From Selaginella moellendorffii (lineage: Eukaryota > Plantae > Lycopodiophyta): a stretch of DNA of 64,000 nt. Numbering within the stretch: position 1 is the stretch's first letter; the number at the start of each line of letters is the position of its first letter. The stretch is from positions 57,402 to 121,401 of the forward strand of contig NW_003314294.1 of assembly GCF_000143415.4 (NCBI RefSeq), read 5' to 3'. Shown piece after piece: positions 22,983-36,870 of the stretch. The notes under the pieces are model-generated. The model had not been told where the DNA came from. It saw nothing but the letters and a program-made list of their open reading frames with translations, and did no database searches. Position numbers and translations under genes: made by a program.

Positions 22983-24353
22983 TTAGTTGTGCATGAGGCC
23001 CTTGATTTTGATGATCTGGTTGGCGGGGCTCAGGCTCTTGGGGCACGCGTTCTCGCAGTTTCGGATTGTGTGGCAGCGGTAGAGCTTGTAATCGCCTTCG
23101 ACCGACTGGAGCCTTTCGTTCCGGTATTCGTCTCGGCTGTCGGCGATCCACCTTTAGAGACGGGGTTATACCAGGTCAGAGGATGATAATAGAGAAAGCA
23201 AAGCCAATAAATACGGAGAATAGGAGCACTTTGTTCTCCGGCAGCAAGAACAAAGAACAACGAACAAAAAGCCAAGCTGCAATTACCAATCAGGAGCCGG
23301 AAGATTGGGAAAGGGATGTAGACATGGACAGAAGATCTTGAACAAGATGATCTTAGAAAAACTTCCACTCACGACAAAGGAAACAATATTATAAAAATAA
23401 AAAGTGTGAGAAGATTTCCAATGCAGCTCGAGCAAGAAACTCCACCAAAAGCTAAACACAAAGCCACAATTCGGTAAAAGCTTTGATTACTGACACACCA
23501 AAGAAAAACAAACTCCTGCGTGTCAAGAAGAAGAAAAAAACCCAAAAAACGTAAAGAGACCCAGATATAAGTCCAAAGCAAAGAAGAAAAGAAAGAAATC
23601 TCTTCCAAGTCTCCAAGCCAAGCAGCGAAAACAGAAGAAAAGTAAGCGATCGTACCTGTGAGCGTGTAGCAAAGCAGCCGGGCCGAGGAACTTCTCCGGA
23701 TTCCACCAGTAGCTCGGGCACGACGAGCTGCAGCACGCGCAAAGTATACACTCGTACATGCCATCCAGCTTCTCCCGATCGTGCTTGCTCTGGAGGAACT
23801 CCCTCGTCCCGCCCGGCGGCGGGCTCTTCTTCTTGAGCCACGGCTCCACGCTCTTGTACTGCTGGTAAAAGTTGGTCATGTCCACCACCAAGTCCTTCAT
23901 CACGTAGAAATGCGGCAGCGGGGTGATGGTGGTCTCCTCCCCCGCGTCGACGATCATCTTGGTGAGACAGGCCAGCCCGGTCTTGCCATTGATGTTCATG
24001 GCGCAGGAGCCGCAGATCCCCTCGCGGCAGGAGCGGCGGAAGGTGAGAGTGGGATCCATCTCGTTCTTGATCTTGATGAGCGCGTCCAGCACCATGGGGC
24101 CGCAATCGTTGGTGTTGAGCGAGTAGACCTGGAGCGATGGCTTCTTGCGCGTGTTGTCGGGGTCCCAGCGGTAGATCGCGAAGCTCTTCATGTTGGGCGG
24201 CTTGGGGACGTGCTTGAGGGACTCGAGCTTGGCGGCGGGGCGGGCTTCTTGGAGCTTGGGCATGGCGGCGGGGAGAGTGGAGGCGACTGGGCGCCTGCTG
24301 TGTGGGGCGATCTTAGGGAGGAGACCGGCCTTCCTCGCGAAGAACATCGCCAT
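22983..24353 (-). CDS. SDH2: succinate dehydrogenase iron-sulfur subunit, mitochondrial
   Basis: Exons 24353-23656 and 23151-22983; [34 protein letters not shown] and [15 protein letters not shown]. Confidence 0.96.
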
Positions 24354-24469
24354 GGAGCTTTGCTTTGCCCTAAAACATAACACCCCTACATTGACGCCAC
24401 GTGTCAAATGTAACCCTAACCCTAAAAGAGCCGATTTGCCCTAGTTTTTCGTTTTGCCTTTTTTGCTAT

Positions 24470-27252
24470 TATCATGTGCATGAAGACGCCCTCAAAGCAG
24501 TGTCCAGAGATCAAGAATTCGAGTTTACAGGCAAGCTTGAATTTTGCGAGGCTTGTGTGCTAGGAAAACAAGCACGCACATCATTTCCAAAGTTTTCAGA
24601 ATCCAAGAGCAGTCAGCCTCTTGAGCTCGGTCACAGAGATGTGTGTGGGCCTCTCCATATCCAAAGTCATCGTGGAATGAGGTATTTTCTTACATTCATC
24701 AATGACTACACACGCTACAAAGTCATGAGACTTTTGGCCAAGAAATCTAAAGTTCTTGATCACTTTAAAGCTTACAAGGCTTCTGCTGAAAATCTTCTTG
24801 GCAAGAAGCTCAAGACGTTACGCAGTGACAGAGGTGCGAGCACAAGTCACGAAATTTTATGAAGCTGTGCAATGAGAGTGGTATCCAGCAGCAGTTTACA
24901 GCTCCAGATAGTCCTGCTCAAAATGGAGTTGCTGAAAGAATGAACCGGACTCTTATGGAGAGTGCACGTAGCATGCTTATTCACGCAGGAATGCCACTAT
25001 CGTTCTGGGCCGAGGCGATCGCAATCGAGTGCCTACCCAGCCTCTTGCAGATATTCCTTATCGTCTTTGAACCAGGAAGCAAGTCAGCTTGAGACATCTA
25101 CGAGTTTTTGGATGCATAGCTTATGAGAAAGTTTCTAACAGTCATTGCAGAAAATTGGAGCCGAAGAGCATCATGGTTGGCTATTGTCTCGAGACTAAAG
25201 CTTATCGTCTTTACAACATGGCCACCAGATCAATTCTTATCAGCAGAGATGTCAAGTTTGATGAGAAATCTCTTTACAAGCATCGTTATAAAAATCCTGA
25301 GACTCCATATTATGTTTTATTTTATGATGAAGAGGACGTTTCTAGGGCATATGGGCCGCAGCCGCAAGTGCACGGCCAGCAGCAGCCGCGAGTTCAGCAG
25401 CCTCAGCCTCAGCAGCAAGTCGAAGCAGAGCAGCAGCTTCCTGCCCAGTCCTGTCACGATGAAGCAGTTGATGAACCAGAGGAGGAGTCGTCTCCTCCAG
25501 GGCAGCTGCCTAGTACTCCCGTGGCTGCAAGATCTCAGCAAGAAGCCGATCCAATTATTCTGGGACTGTGACACACAGTGGGAGAGTTAGCTATTTATTG
25601 CAAGCAGCTCGTGATGCTCAAGACTCCAGCCTCAAATTGCTGTCAATTTGAACCATGCACATTTTGTGCAGCTCTCCAATCACCAGAAGCAGGACAGTGG
25701 AAGGCCGCTATGCAGGAGTACAACTCTTTGATATGTAACAACGTTTGGGAGCTTGTTTCTCTCCCACCAGGCAGGAAAATCGTTAGAATCAAGTGGATAT
25801 TCAAGCGCAAATTGGATGCCGCTGGAGCAGTGACTTGACATCTAGCTCGCTTTGTAGCGAGAGGATTTAGTCAAGTACCTCTGAGACTTTTTCACCAGTG
25901 GCTAAAATGTCTTCTATTCTGTCTTGCAGCATATTCTTGATATCAAGACGGTGTTTTTATATGGTGAGCTTAAGGAGGAGACAGCCAGATGGATTCATCA
26001 TCCCAGGATAGGAGCAGAAGGTATGTCAACTTAAGCGTGCACTATATGGCTTGAAGTAGTCTCCTAGAGCATGGTACGAGCACATGAACAGGTTTCTTTC
26101 CTCCATCCCAGGACAGGAGCAGAAGGTATGTCAACTTAAGCGTGCACTATATGGTTTGAAGTAGTCTCCTAGAGCATGGTTGAACAGGTTTCTTTCCTCC
26201 ATTGGCTTTAAGTAGATTTTTGCAGATAGCAATGTGTATATTTTAGCTTTGGAGATGCATTTTCTATTCTAGCTCTATATGTCAACGGCAGCACATCTGC
26301 CAACAATCGTCAGCTATTTTGAGCGACAGTTCTTATCCCAATTTTAGATTTCAGCGACTAAATGTCTTTCTTATTGCCTTGGGATCCAGGTGCTTTGGGA
26401 CAGAGAAGCAGCAGTCATCGAGCTCTCTAGCACATTATGTTGAAGAAATCTTGCACAAGTTCAACATGCAAGATTGCAAGCCCATGGCGACGCCAATGGA
26501 TCCAGGTCTTGTGCTGTCTATTGAGCAAAGTCCCAACTCCAAGGAGGAGAAAGCAGTGATGGCGAGAGTTCCATATTGACAAGCAGTTGGATGCCTTATT
26601 TATCTAGCCATCAGTACCAGACTAGACTTGGGATTTGCAATTGGAGCAGTTTTAAGATTTCTCAAGAATCCAGGAGAAGGTCATTGGAGTGCTGTTAAAC
26701 GAATTTTTAAGTATTTACAAGGTACAGTGGGATATCAATTGAGCTACAACAGAGTGTCTAGCAGTAGTGGGAGCTCCAGGAGTATGCAACTTGTCAGCTT
26801 TACAGACTCGAATTGGGCCGGTGACAAGGACACAAGAAGATCAACCTCAGGATATCTATTTTTCCTGGGTGGTGGACTTGTCAGCTGGAGCAGCAAGCGA
26901 CAAGCAATCACAGCACTTTCATCCACCGAGGCCAAATATATTAGTGCAACAACAGTAGCTCAAGAAGTGAGGTGGCTTACAGATTTTCTGGAGCAGATTG
27001 GTGTTCCAGTGCAGCAGCCAGTGACTTTGTTTTGTGACAATCGAAGCGCGATCGAGTTGTTGAAGAATCCAAAGTTCCACGGCCGCACCAAACACTTCGA
27101 GATAAATGTACATTTATTCAACAGAGTGCAGCTGAGATATGTTTTGACGAAGCAAATGACAGCAGACATTATGACAAAAGCTTTGAGCAAAGGCAAGTTT
27201 CAACAACATTGTGAAGATACGAGCATTATAGACTCTCACAGCTGAGTGGGAG
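24470..27252 (+). mobile_element. degenerate 5'-truncated Ty1/copia retrotransposon (integrase, RT, RNase H)
   Basis: CEACVLGKQ, HRDVCGP, LRSDRG, QNGVAERMNRTL, LRVFGC, SRDVKFDE, KWIFKRK, YGLK*SPRAW, DSNWAGDKDTRRSTSGY, SSTEAKY; many stops and frameshifts; PPT-like gagtgggag at about 27244 followed by TG. Confidence 0.93.
25998..26202. repeat. tandem duplication of about 105 bp inside the copia RT
   Basis: catcccagga.aggagcagaaggtatgtcaacttaagcgtgcactatatgg.ttgaagtagtctcctagagcatggt occurs twice. Confidence 0.9.
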
Positions 27253-27999
27253 TGTAGATAGCCAGCCTGGAGTCTAATCCAAGGTGGCAAGAGATTCATG
27301 TGGACGCTGAAATGAGCGGACACAAGACTTGTATATATGTACATGGAGAAAATGACAAAGTGGTAGTTAGGGGAAAACAGAGTATGTCATTTAACTAGAA
27401 AACTAGCAGGTTCCAGTCCTCCTATACGAGCTGCAAATCCGCGAGCTAGCTGGCGTGCATGGTGCAAACTCTTTCCACATGTCACTGGCTGGCCCGCAAA
27501 ACCACTGAAATCATCCATTGGCATGAATGGCCTGGGTGGAGCTTGATCCTGTCGAAGACTAACCTCAGTTCTTGAAGAGCTCAATCGTCCAGTTATTTCA
27601 TCAACCCGTGTTGTGAATTGTTGCCATTGAAAAGTAGCTCCACATAGAGAGAATTGATGTTAGACAAGTTAATGCGAGAGATTCCAAATGTTAAAGGTGG
27701 CAAGGAAAAGAGCTTGGAAATTTTAGCGAGACTAATCTGTAGAACAACGCTCAGGAACGATATCTTCTTCCTCATTATTTTCAAGTAGTCTCAGGTCATG
27801 GTGCATGCCATTGCTCCTGAGGGGGATGAGCTTCTAGTCATCTCTTATGCGCAGATGGATCCAACATGAATAATATGTACGTACCTTGGATTGGGATCAC
27901 TGACCGGATCATATTGTGGACTTCGCATGTGGTCGTAAGCGTGAGAGGGCCGATCGTTCGACATCTGGCTCTGCGCATATACGAGAACAGTGGTTGTAG

Positions 28000-29830
28000 T
28001 TAATCGGCCAACTTGATCATGACCTTCGTGGAACGTGTGGTCGTATGGCCCAGGAAACTGGTGTAGCCATACGTCGTATCCTCCTGCAAGGATGTTGAAC
28101 TTGGGTTTTTCACATCTTCCATTGGATTAATTCCAAAAATGTGGCTGGCTGTTCTTGTTCTTCTGCTTCTAATTATCGCCGCCTCATTCTTCGGAAAATC
28201 GCAAGCTAAACACGATCGGCTTCCACCAGGAAGGTACCATAGATTAGATTGGTTCAAATCCCAGAACCAAAGGAATATTGGTGCCAGTGGCTCCGGAAAA
28301 CGATTGGCATTCGCAATCAAAGTCAAAGATTGGGGCAGTTGAATTCCTCGTTCATACAGAGATTTGCAGCTCAACCGGGGACTTGCAACAGCTGTTAGCT
28401 CTGAAGCCAGCTTGCTTGCGATTGTACCACCCTTCTCCATCAGGTCGACCGAGTTTTGATCCGGTGGAAGGCTCCAATCAAAGGCATGAATCAGGCTGGC
28501 AACTGCAAAGGGGATGAAACGAACGGCAACTGGATGCCCCGGGCACATCCTGCGTCCAGCAGAGAATGGGATCATCTCCAGCTGCGCTTCTTGTCCGACC
28601 ACCTTGATCTCGGTTCCTTGAAAGCGTTCAGGACGGAAGTCTTCTGGGTCAAGCCAGTGTTTTGGATCTCGTCCAATTGCCCAGATGTTGATGAGCACGG
28701 TGGACCCTTTCGGAATCCTGTAGCCAGCTAGAACAGCTTCCGTGGGATTAAAATGAGGGACTCCAAGTGGGCCTGTTGGATGAAGTCGCAACACCTCTTT
28801 CAGGATTGCGTGCATGTAAGGCAAGCCGGGGACATCTGAAGGCCTTAGGAGGCGCTCGGTCCCGATTGCGTCTTGGATTTCTTCCTGCGCTTTTTGCATG
28901 ACAGGGGGGTTCTGAATCACTTCTGCCATCGCCCACTCTACAGCTCCCTTCATGTTGTCAATTCCCGCTGCAACCAGATCCTGAAACAAACATCCGACAT
29001 AGCCATGAAGAACTTTGCGGATACTTACAGTGAGGAGGGCCATAATTGATATATCTGAGAGATTATTATCAGCAGCGTCTTGGAGAGACAGAAGCACCGT
29101 CCAGTCCTTGGGAATGAATTCCTGGCCCGAGGATTCAATGTCGAGTTTGTACTGTTTGTGTTCTTGGATAATATCAGCAAGAAGAGACTCCAACTTTGGC
29201 ATCAGATCATCCCTCATTCTCCGGTTCACTCCATGGAGATCAAGACAATCAAGTGGCCGTATGAACTTGGCAAAACGCACCAGAGACAAACTTATCAATG
29301 AAATGTTTGAGATTGATGACTTTGGAGGCGGTGGCAAGACGTCCAACATCTTTGACCACGAGCGCCATTTCAGATTCTTGGTAAGCAGCAGCAGCATCCA
29401 GCCTGCTGGGACTCAGCAAGTGTTGAGCCGTGATCATCTTCATGTTCTTCCAGGACTCTCCGTAAGGAGCAAGCACAACATCTTTCCATCTGAAGCTGAA
29501 GTACTCTCCAAATTTTGAAAGAGGCCTGTAAGCAAACTCCACATCATGAGCTCTCAGGACCTCCCTGGCCATGTCAGAGCTGTTCACAACTATGCAAGAC
29601 ACAAGCCCGAGCTTGATGTGGATTATGGGTCCATAGATCTTTGTGAGGCTTGCAAAGTGACGATGCAGTGGATTCCTGAGAGAAAGAAGTGATCCTAAAA
29701 CTGGGAGAGGCATAGGACCTGGTGGAAGCCGACCATGTTGAGCTTGCAATTTTCCGAGGAATGAGGAGGCGATCATGATTAGAAGCAGAAGAACAACAAA
29801 AGCCAGGCACATTTCGGAATCAAGCTTCAT
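28000..29830 (-). pseudogene. cytochrome P450 (CYP71 clan), frameshifted and internally deleted
   Basis: PPGP, APYGESW, EVLR, PERF and heme FSAGRRMCPG; 48-bp intron 29028-28981. Frame break near 29280 where the E/F-helix region is missing. No stop after PRL...LY, so the frame reads on to 28000. Confidence 0.85.
28091..28230 (+). pseudogene. inverted fragment of the P450 5' UTR and membrane anchor
   Basis: MWLAVLVLLLLIIAASFFGKSQAKHDRLPPG versus MCLAFVVLLLLIMIASSFLGKLQAQHGRLPPG; the upstream DNA also matches the reverse complement of 29811-29867. Confidence 0.85.
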
Positions 29831-31115
29831 TCAGCTTGAAGATTGTGAAAAACCTAAATCCAGCATCTGATTTTATAGCGAGCCAAGTCAAGTCCTTGTA
29901 TTCTGCATAGGATGGAGTGAACACACCAAACCATCATGAAATATTCCTCCAAATATTCCTGGTGGAGCAGGCATGGCTCGTGTCAAAACCACAAGGGTCT
30001 GCTACAAATGCCTCACAATCTTTTAGCTATAGCTAAAAGAGCAAGAATGCAGTAGAGAGCCTAAATTTGCTACAGATGAATCACTTTAGGATTCTGTTAT
30101 GAATGCAGGTTGATGTGCACTTGATGCAATGGGAATGTGGCTCACTATATGTACAGTTGGTACTGATCAATTCTAATGTCCATGCCTCGTACCGTCTGTA
30201 TCTGTTGGATTAAAAATGTTATAGCCAAGAATAGCTCTTTACCTATTGTTCTTGAGAACATGTGCACTCGACCAGAAGATTGGCCACATGTCTTAACCAC
30301 TCAGGCACAACCCCATGAAGGTCACATGCACACTTGTTAACTGCCAGAATAGCGGGTTGCCCATTCTAGACAGTAATAGGATAGTTGTTAGTCACTATTG
30401 TATCCAAATTTGTTCTCTTGCATATGCCCAATTCTGGCTTTGGTTAACCCACCTCAAACATCAAATAAAATACAAACCATAATACTGTCTATAAAGGCTA
30501 TGTGTGTTATTCATAAAATTGGTGTTCATACATCTGCCTCACAAGCACACATGCAGTCCTGGCAGATCCTGATTGGCTTGGTTTTCTTGGACACCTTAGC
30601 ATATTCCATCAAGCCCTTGGCAGAATGACTGAGAATCCAATACCCATTCTGTGGATTCTATGAGTTTATATTGTAGCTATGCCTATCTTCCATGCCCATC
30701 TATTATGATATTCTTCATATGATATAACTATTGTCCATTCAAAAAATTTGTGGCTAAGGTCTAGTTTTGATTTATATTGTGTGGAGAGGGAAAGAGGATT
30801 ATAATTTTCTTAAGTAAAATAATGTTATACTTCACTAAAACCAATGGAAAAATGCTCATTAAATACTAATCCTAGCATAACTAGTTCATTATTATAAAAA
30901 AAAAAAACTCAAGAAACAATTTATAAAGGTAGTTCAAATATAAAAGAAAAGGGCCTATGAACAAAAACACACTTTTTTCTTTAATCAATTCAAAGTTTTG
31001 GGATATCTGGGGTTATATGTCATTGAGTTTGAATAATATTAGGCTAAATGGCCTTTTGAAAAGTCTAAATTTAAAATTTTACACATATAAAAGTTTATAT
31101 AATGAAGTATCAATT

Positions 31116-31278
31116 GAATTATTATCCAAGAGAATCCACTTATAAATTATTCACTATAATGGAACTCTACATCAATGGTCTTGGAATTATTGTCCAAGAG
31201 AATCCATTTATGAGTTATTGACTATAATGGAACCATCTTTGAATCCACTTATGAGTTATTCACTATAATGGAACCATC
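31116..31278. repeat. short tandem repeat (gaatccacttatgagttattcactataatggaac-like x3)
   Basis: Copies at about 31116, 31184 and 31241. Confidence 0.8.
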
Positions 31279-34200
31279 CTTTTGCAGCATAATGAGGAAT
31301 ATTATGAGTTTGGCAGATGTAGATCCACTAATAGTAGTCCCTACCAAATAAAAAAGGTCATCCTCAAAGTAATATTAAAAATGAAAATATTGAAATGTTA
31401 AGTCATTAGTAAACTATATAGGATTTTCAAAAACATCAAAGCCTTTAGATCTACAACTCAACTTTTTGAGCCTTTTAAACATCATTTATAAAAGCAAATC
31501 TAAATTTGCATATTGTGACATTGAATATTGAGCATAACAACTACTAACAGCATGAAATACTCATCTAGAAAATCACTAACACTAAAACAATAAGCTTCTT
31601 AAAAACAAAAAAAGAGAAAGAAAAAAGGAGAGTGTCACAAATGTGTTTTATGTATCAAAAGCTATTTGCTAATGAGTATTTTCAAATATTTTTCTTTTAC
31701 TACCACAACAACAAAAGCTTGATATTACTAGACCCTTTATCAATCTTTACCCAAGTTAATTGAGAAACTAATTAGCATATATGCACTTAGATTGAAAGGG
31801 CACTAAGGAAGGAAATTCTAAATTATTATTTAGTCAACCATATTTGATATAGTGATGAAAAATTTATGTTGTTTGTTTGCATTTGCTAGTGTTAAGAACC
31901 TTACAACATTGAGCCAAGTCTCTTAATATTTGTTAAGTGATAGTTTATTGTGTCCACCAATGCACTTTCACTATCATTCTTTATGTATTGATCCTATTTT
32001 AGTTTAATTAGTTATTTATGGAAAGTGCCTAGATTTGCCAATTGGACATATTTACAAAATGTAGAGATTGTATTGAACATGATGGTGTTGGTCTCATGTC
32101 TAAATTCATAATCTAACATCATTCCATATTTAGTAAGTTTTTAAGCTTGTTATAAAAACTCTTGGGACTAGAGTGAAAGCCTAAAGCATGCTTTTATATA
32201 AAATGGGGTATATAGGGAATTCTAAATGTATAATAGGGATAATGGGTAAAGCAAGCATAATTGATCAACTTGAAACATAGTTTGATTTTCTGTTATGTGT
32301 ATATGTTCTTGTTTTACATCTGATTTAGGTCTAAGTCTAAACTCCATACCATGCTAGTTGGTGAAGTATTTATATCCTCACGTTAAATCACTTATATGCT
32401 AAATAACACTACATTTTATTTAGCTTTGTTTTGAGTGTTTATTTTGGCATTAGAATGTTAGAAACTCTAAAACTATTTCAATGTTGCTCTATGTTTTTTT
32501 TCTTTCACTCCTTAATTATATCTTCTAAAGTTTGCCTCCATCCTTTTGTTTGGCACAAGGCTCTGAAACTCAAGCCCCACTTCATTGCCTTTAGCATGCA
32601 TGTCCAAGGGTTAAAGTTCTTTATCCCATAGTAATTTATCATAATACTATCTAATGAGATTGGGTAATTAGTCTCATTGTATATAAAGAGATGAAAATGA
32701 TAATTTGAATGGGTATGCATGTGGTTGCTAGAGTAGATTTTCATTATCATTTTGAACTATATTGTATGAGAGCTCATAAGATAGATTTAAGATGTATCAT
32801 TTTTATAAGTTTATGTTTGGGCAAATGAGTGAGATATATTAGCAAAATAAGATTATACTTTAAGCTGGTAGGATTAATGTTAGCCTTTTAATGGTTACCA
32901 TAAATTGCTATTATGAATTGCTACTATGAATTATTACTATCTTACCATAGGTAGAAATAAACCTTCATCAGATTTGCTATAAGTGGTATGGTTTGTAGCT
33001 ACTAGTAAATCCTTCCTAGGTAAAATTATAAATGGATCAATCAAGACTATAGGAATTAATCTATCAATTCAAGTAGTTATTGTTGTTCTTTCTTATACTC
33101 TTTTCTTAGATTGAACTAAAGGTAGTGCAAATGTAAGCTAGAGATTTAGTCAAGTTGAATCCAAAAAGAGCATTATCATAGATGAAGGATTAAACATGTG
33201 AATCATCTTTTCTTCTCTAAAATATAATTTGTAATAAAATATGATTTTATTATTTATATTCATATCATGCAATCAAGAATCCATACATTGATATGTGTTG
33301 GTTATAGTGGTCTTTGAGTGGTGTGCCATGGGATGGAAAGTAGTGAAATGTTAAACCATTTTGATAAGTTACAATATTTAATTCTTTTCTAAGGAACTTC
33401 ATTATTGCTCTTTAAATAGCTTGGTGTTAGATTAATTTTAAGTTTAGTCAAAAAGTGAGTGGCATGAAATTGTTTATATTGTGAATGAAGTTGGTGGTGT
33501 TAAATGTTATAAATATCTTTCAATAGAGTGTGGCATTTATGTTATATTTTATGATTACATTGGCACTTGATATTAGTGTAAACCTTTGTGGTAGTAGCAT
33601 AGACTTAGTTTGTGATATCACTTGATTGATGACCAAGTCATTATATTTTTTATATTATATCCTTGTGATTATAAGCAATGTGTTTATGAAGTTTTTTGTT
33701 AAATGATAATCAACCCCAAAATGGTTGATAGTGACACTAGTCTATTTGTAGTTAATAGCATTATAATAGCTTTGACTTCTCAAAAGTGATCCATTATGAT
33801 AAGTTAGTATTGATATCTTATTTTTTTAAGAGCTTTTTCATTGAAAGTTAAAAAGGTTGTAACATTCATTTACTATAACTTGTTAATTAATCTCTTGACA
33901 ATTATAATAAATTATTAAATAGAGAAAGTGTGTAGTTGAGATATTGATATTGTTAGCACTTGTATTAGTAAAAGTGGTATTATTAAATAAAGTAATAAGA
34001 AGTTCTGATAAAAAGGTAAATGTTTTGATTTGTATATCTTCCCAGGTAGAGCAGAATAAGGAAATTTAGGTGAAATGAAGTTATGCCTAAGTTTAGGCAT
34101 TTAAAGAAAAAAGACCCAACTTAGGCAACGCTCGTCATAGACAAACATAAAGCCCACCTTTATAAAATAATTTGCTATATAAATTTTATATTTAAGAATA

Positions 34201-34826
34201 CCTCTAGCTTTACAAAGATTTCTACTACCATTTAATAATATTTATCTAAATCAACTACCTTTCTTGCAATATTTTATAATATCAACAAAACATAAAATAT
34301 TATCTAATGATTATAAAAGAAGGAGTTCCTTTATATAAAATATCAGAGCATTAATTGTGGAGTGATTCTACTCTAAGTTTTCTCTTCTAGTTTTATAATA
34401 TTTTTTATTTAAGTCTTATGTAAATTCTGACTTTTTAGGATGTCTTTTAGCATAGTATTTAAACTCAAGAATGCTTAAATCTAAGTATCCCAAAGCTTAA
34501 CTAATTAGAAAAAGGGGTGCACTTTTGTTAATATATGTAAACTCCTGAATTTGGACTTCTCAGAAAGTCATTCAGTTTAGTACTATTCTAATCTAAAGAT
34601 GCTTAACCCTAAATATTCCAAGATCCTTAACCAATTGGAAAAATGAGCTTTTTCTTTCTATATTTAAACCTCTATGGTATTCCTTTTGGTTTCTTATAAT
34701 ATATTCTTTCCCTTTATATTTAAACCCCTATAGTCTCTTACATTGTTCTTTTTAATTGCTTATAATCCAAATTCACGCCCTTGTGAAAGAAAGTTGATAA
34801 TCACAACTCTCTTGAGAGCCTTACTC

Positions 34827-35070
34827 TTTTGACACTTTACCCCTCATAACCAAATGTTAATATCAATATATGGTCTGATCTCTTATCTAACAAACAAAGT
34901 CGGATCAATCTTTTAACACTTTACCCCTCGGGATCAAATGTCAATCTTAAAATATAGTGTGATTTTTCTAACCAACTAACAAAATCAGATTTGTCTTTTG
35001 ACACTTTACCCTTTGGGACTAGATGTTAATCTCAATATGTAGTATGATTTCTTTAGCCAATTAACAAAAT
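34827..35070. repeat. tandem repeat of about 84 bp, three copies
   Basis: ttttgacactttacccct... starts at 34827, 34911 and 34996. Confidence 0.8.
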
Positions 35071-36211
35071 GGGACTTGAGAGAGGAAATATAACACTAAA
35101 CTTCATATATCATTAAGCATCATTAAGTTTTTTTTCTTCCTTTGTTTTCTCCTTTATCTTTCCTTTTCTATATTCTTGATGGAAATCATGAAAAATGAGT
35201 GGTTGAGCAAAGTTTAATGAAGGTATTATTCTAATCTATTGTTCCTCATTATATGATAACTTGTGATTAAGTTTCTTTCATCTTCATGAAAAACTAAAAG
35301 TGAGAGTTCTTTATTCAATCTTTAGAAAGCCTCATTTTTTATTGAGAGCAAAAAAGTCCTCATTTTAGAATTATTCCAATTCTAACTTTATTGAAGACTC
35401 TCCTTACTCTTTCAAAAGAATTTAATAAAGAAAGGAATTATTAAGAAAGTGCTCTTAGATACTTTTAGAGTGATGAAACCTAACTTTTACATGGCTTATG
35501 AGTGGATGCAATATTAATAGTGGGGATTAGAGTTTTATGCTTATAAAGAAGATATTCAAAACAATGATAGATTAAGTGATATCTTCATTGCAAATGTAGA
35601 ATGGATATGTGAGTGACAGTGGTGAGCAATTTTGGAATAAATTGCCTTGCTTATCATATTATATATTAAAGTCTTGTTTCCAAGATTCTCACCACTTTGC
35701 ATTTGATAATTCAATTATTGTCATTTAAAATTAAGGATTTCTCTTAGCCATTTCCAACATTCATATAAAGCATCATGAAGTGAAAAAAACTTGGTTACAA
35801 ATTGACACCTTTATGATGGAGTTACATTTGAGGATACATACCACCATAGCAATTTTCCTTATACCAATCCAAGAAAAAATATAAAAAAGGTCTCTAAACC
35901 CAAATATACATACAACCCATAAACTCTACTGGTCAGCTCTTGTAGATTTGGATGAGCACAGGCTTTGATGGTTAGGGGGCTCAAGCTTTTTGGCAGATGC
36001 GGCAGTAGCAGAGAGTATCGCATCCGGACACACTGGGGATTATACCAAGTCAAAGGAGAAGCAATGCTTTGCAAAGCACACATAGAGTTCGGCAGCCAGA
36101 TGAACGAATATCGGCAAACAAAACGAAGTCTTAATCTAGGGATTTGCAGGCTTTGAACCAAAGAAGCAAGGAAAAACGGAGTACGACAAAAACTCTTCAC
36201 TGCCGTTTGGT

Positions 36212-36623
36212 CTCATCTTGCCAATGGAGCCACCCGAGCAGCACATCCGGCAGCTTCCCGTTGATAAAATCACCGTGGCTGAGGAGTCGTCGAGTTCTTC
36301 CGGCTCAGAGCTCGTTCTCTACAAGTAAGTTTCTCCCGTACGTAGAAAAGAGAAGTTTGTCAATGACTTAGCCAACTCGCTCTTCACTTTTTCTTTCTCA
36401 GGAGAATCACAGAAGTTAAAGAACAGCGCCAGAAGGCGGTCGTGGAATTGATCTGTACTCTCTATTCGTCCAAAAGTTCCTCGACCCGAGGCTGGCTCTG
36501 GTGAGATCCCGAGCCTCACAGTGAACGAGAAGGTGGACGGCAACTGTCAATCCGTTCACGGCAACATGTAAAATCCATGGATCCACTCGGCCGAGAGGTT
36601 ACCACGGATGATCCTTGGCCGCC
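36212..36623 (+). pseudogene. inverted degenerate copy of part of the DUF760 gene (exon 1 end, intron, exon 2 start)
   Basis: Aligns by eye with the reverse complement of about 38809-39241, including the intron (gtaagtttctc...tttctcag), with indels. Confidence 0.9.
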
Positions 36624-36870
36624 GTTTTGAGTGAAGATTGTCAGCATCGTGTTGAGCGATGCCATGTTCTAAACGCGGCAGTGTAAGTGGCAAAATCATC
36701 AAGCTCTTGAGAGGAGTCGAGTTTTCCCGCAGCTGGGATGGATTGACTTGTATTGGAGCATGAGAGTGGCTTTTGTCTTGACAATTAAATCCAAAACTAG
36801 CTTCCTGCCTTGGGAATGTCCAGTGTAATATTATTATTTACTATTCATTTCCTGAAATTTTACTAAGAAC

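Larger units (their letters stand above)
30700..35860. mobile_element. AT-rich island, probably heavily decayed transposon debris
   Basis: No long ORFs, very AT-rich, CG-poor, internal tandem repeats and a degenerate PBS-like tatcagagc at 34341. The family cannot be assigned. Confidence 0.45.

Noticed and set aside
27387-28090. Possible exon fragments between the copia element and the P450
   Set aside because: Splice-like sites exist, but the frames contain stops and no family is recognisable.
960-29830. Biosynthetic gene cluster of acyltransferase, CHS and P450
   Set aside because: The genes are spread over 29 kb among unrelated housekeeping genes and the P450 is broken; only the CHS-P450 proximity is kept, as a weak lead.
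34335-35860. Defined LTR element starting at a PBS-like tatcagagc
   Set aside because: The PBS is degenerate, with no paired LTR or convincing gag motif.
36319-36543. Independent 74-aa minus-strand gene
   Set aside because: It is the antisense reading of the inverted DUF760 fragment.
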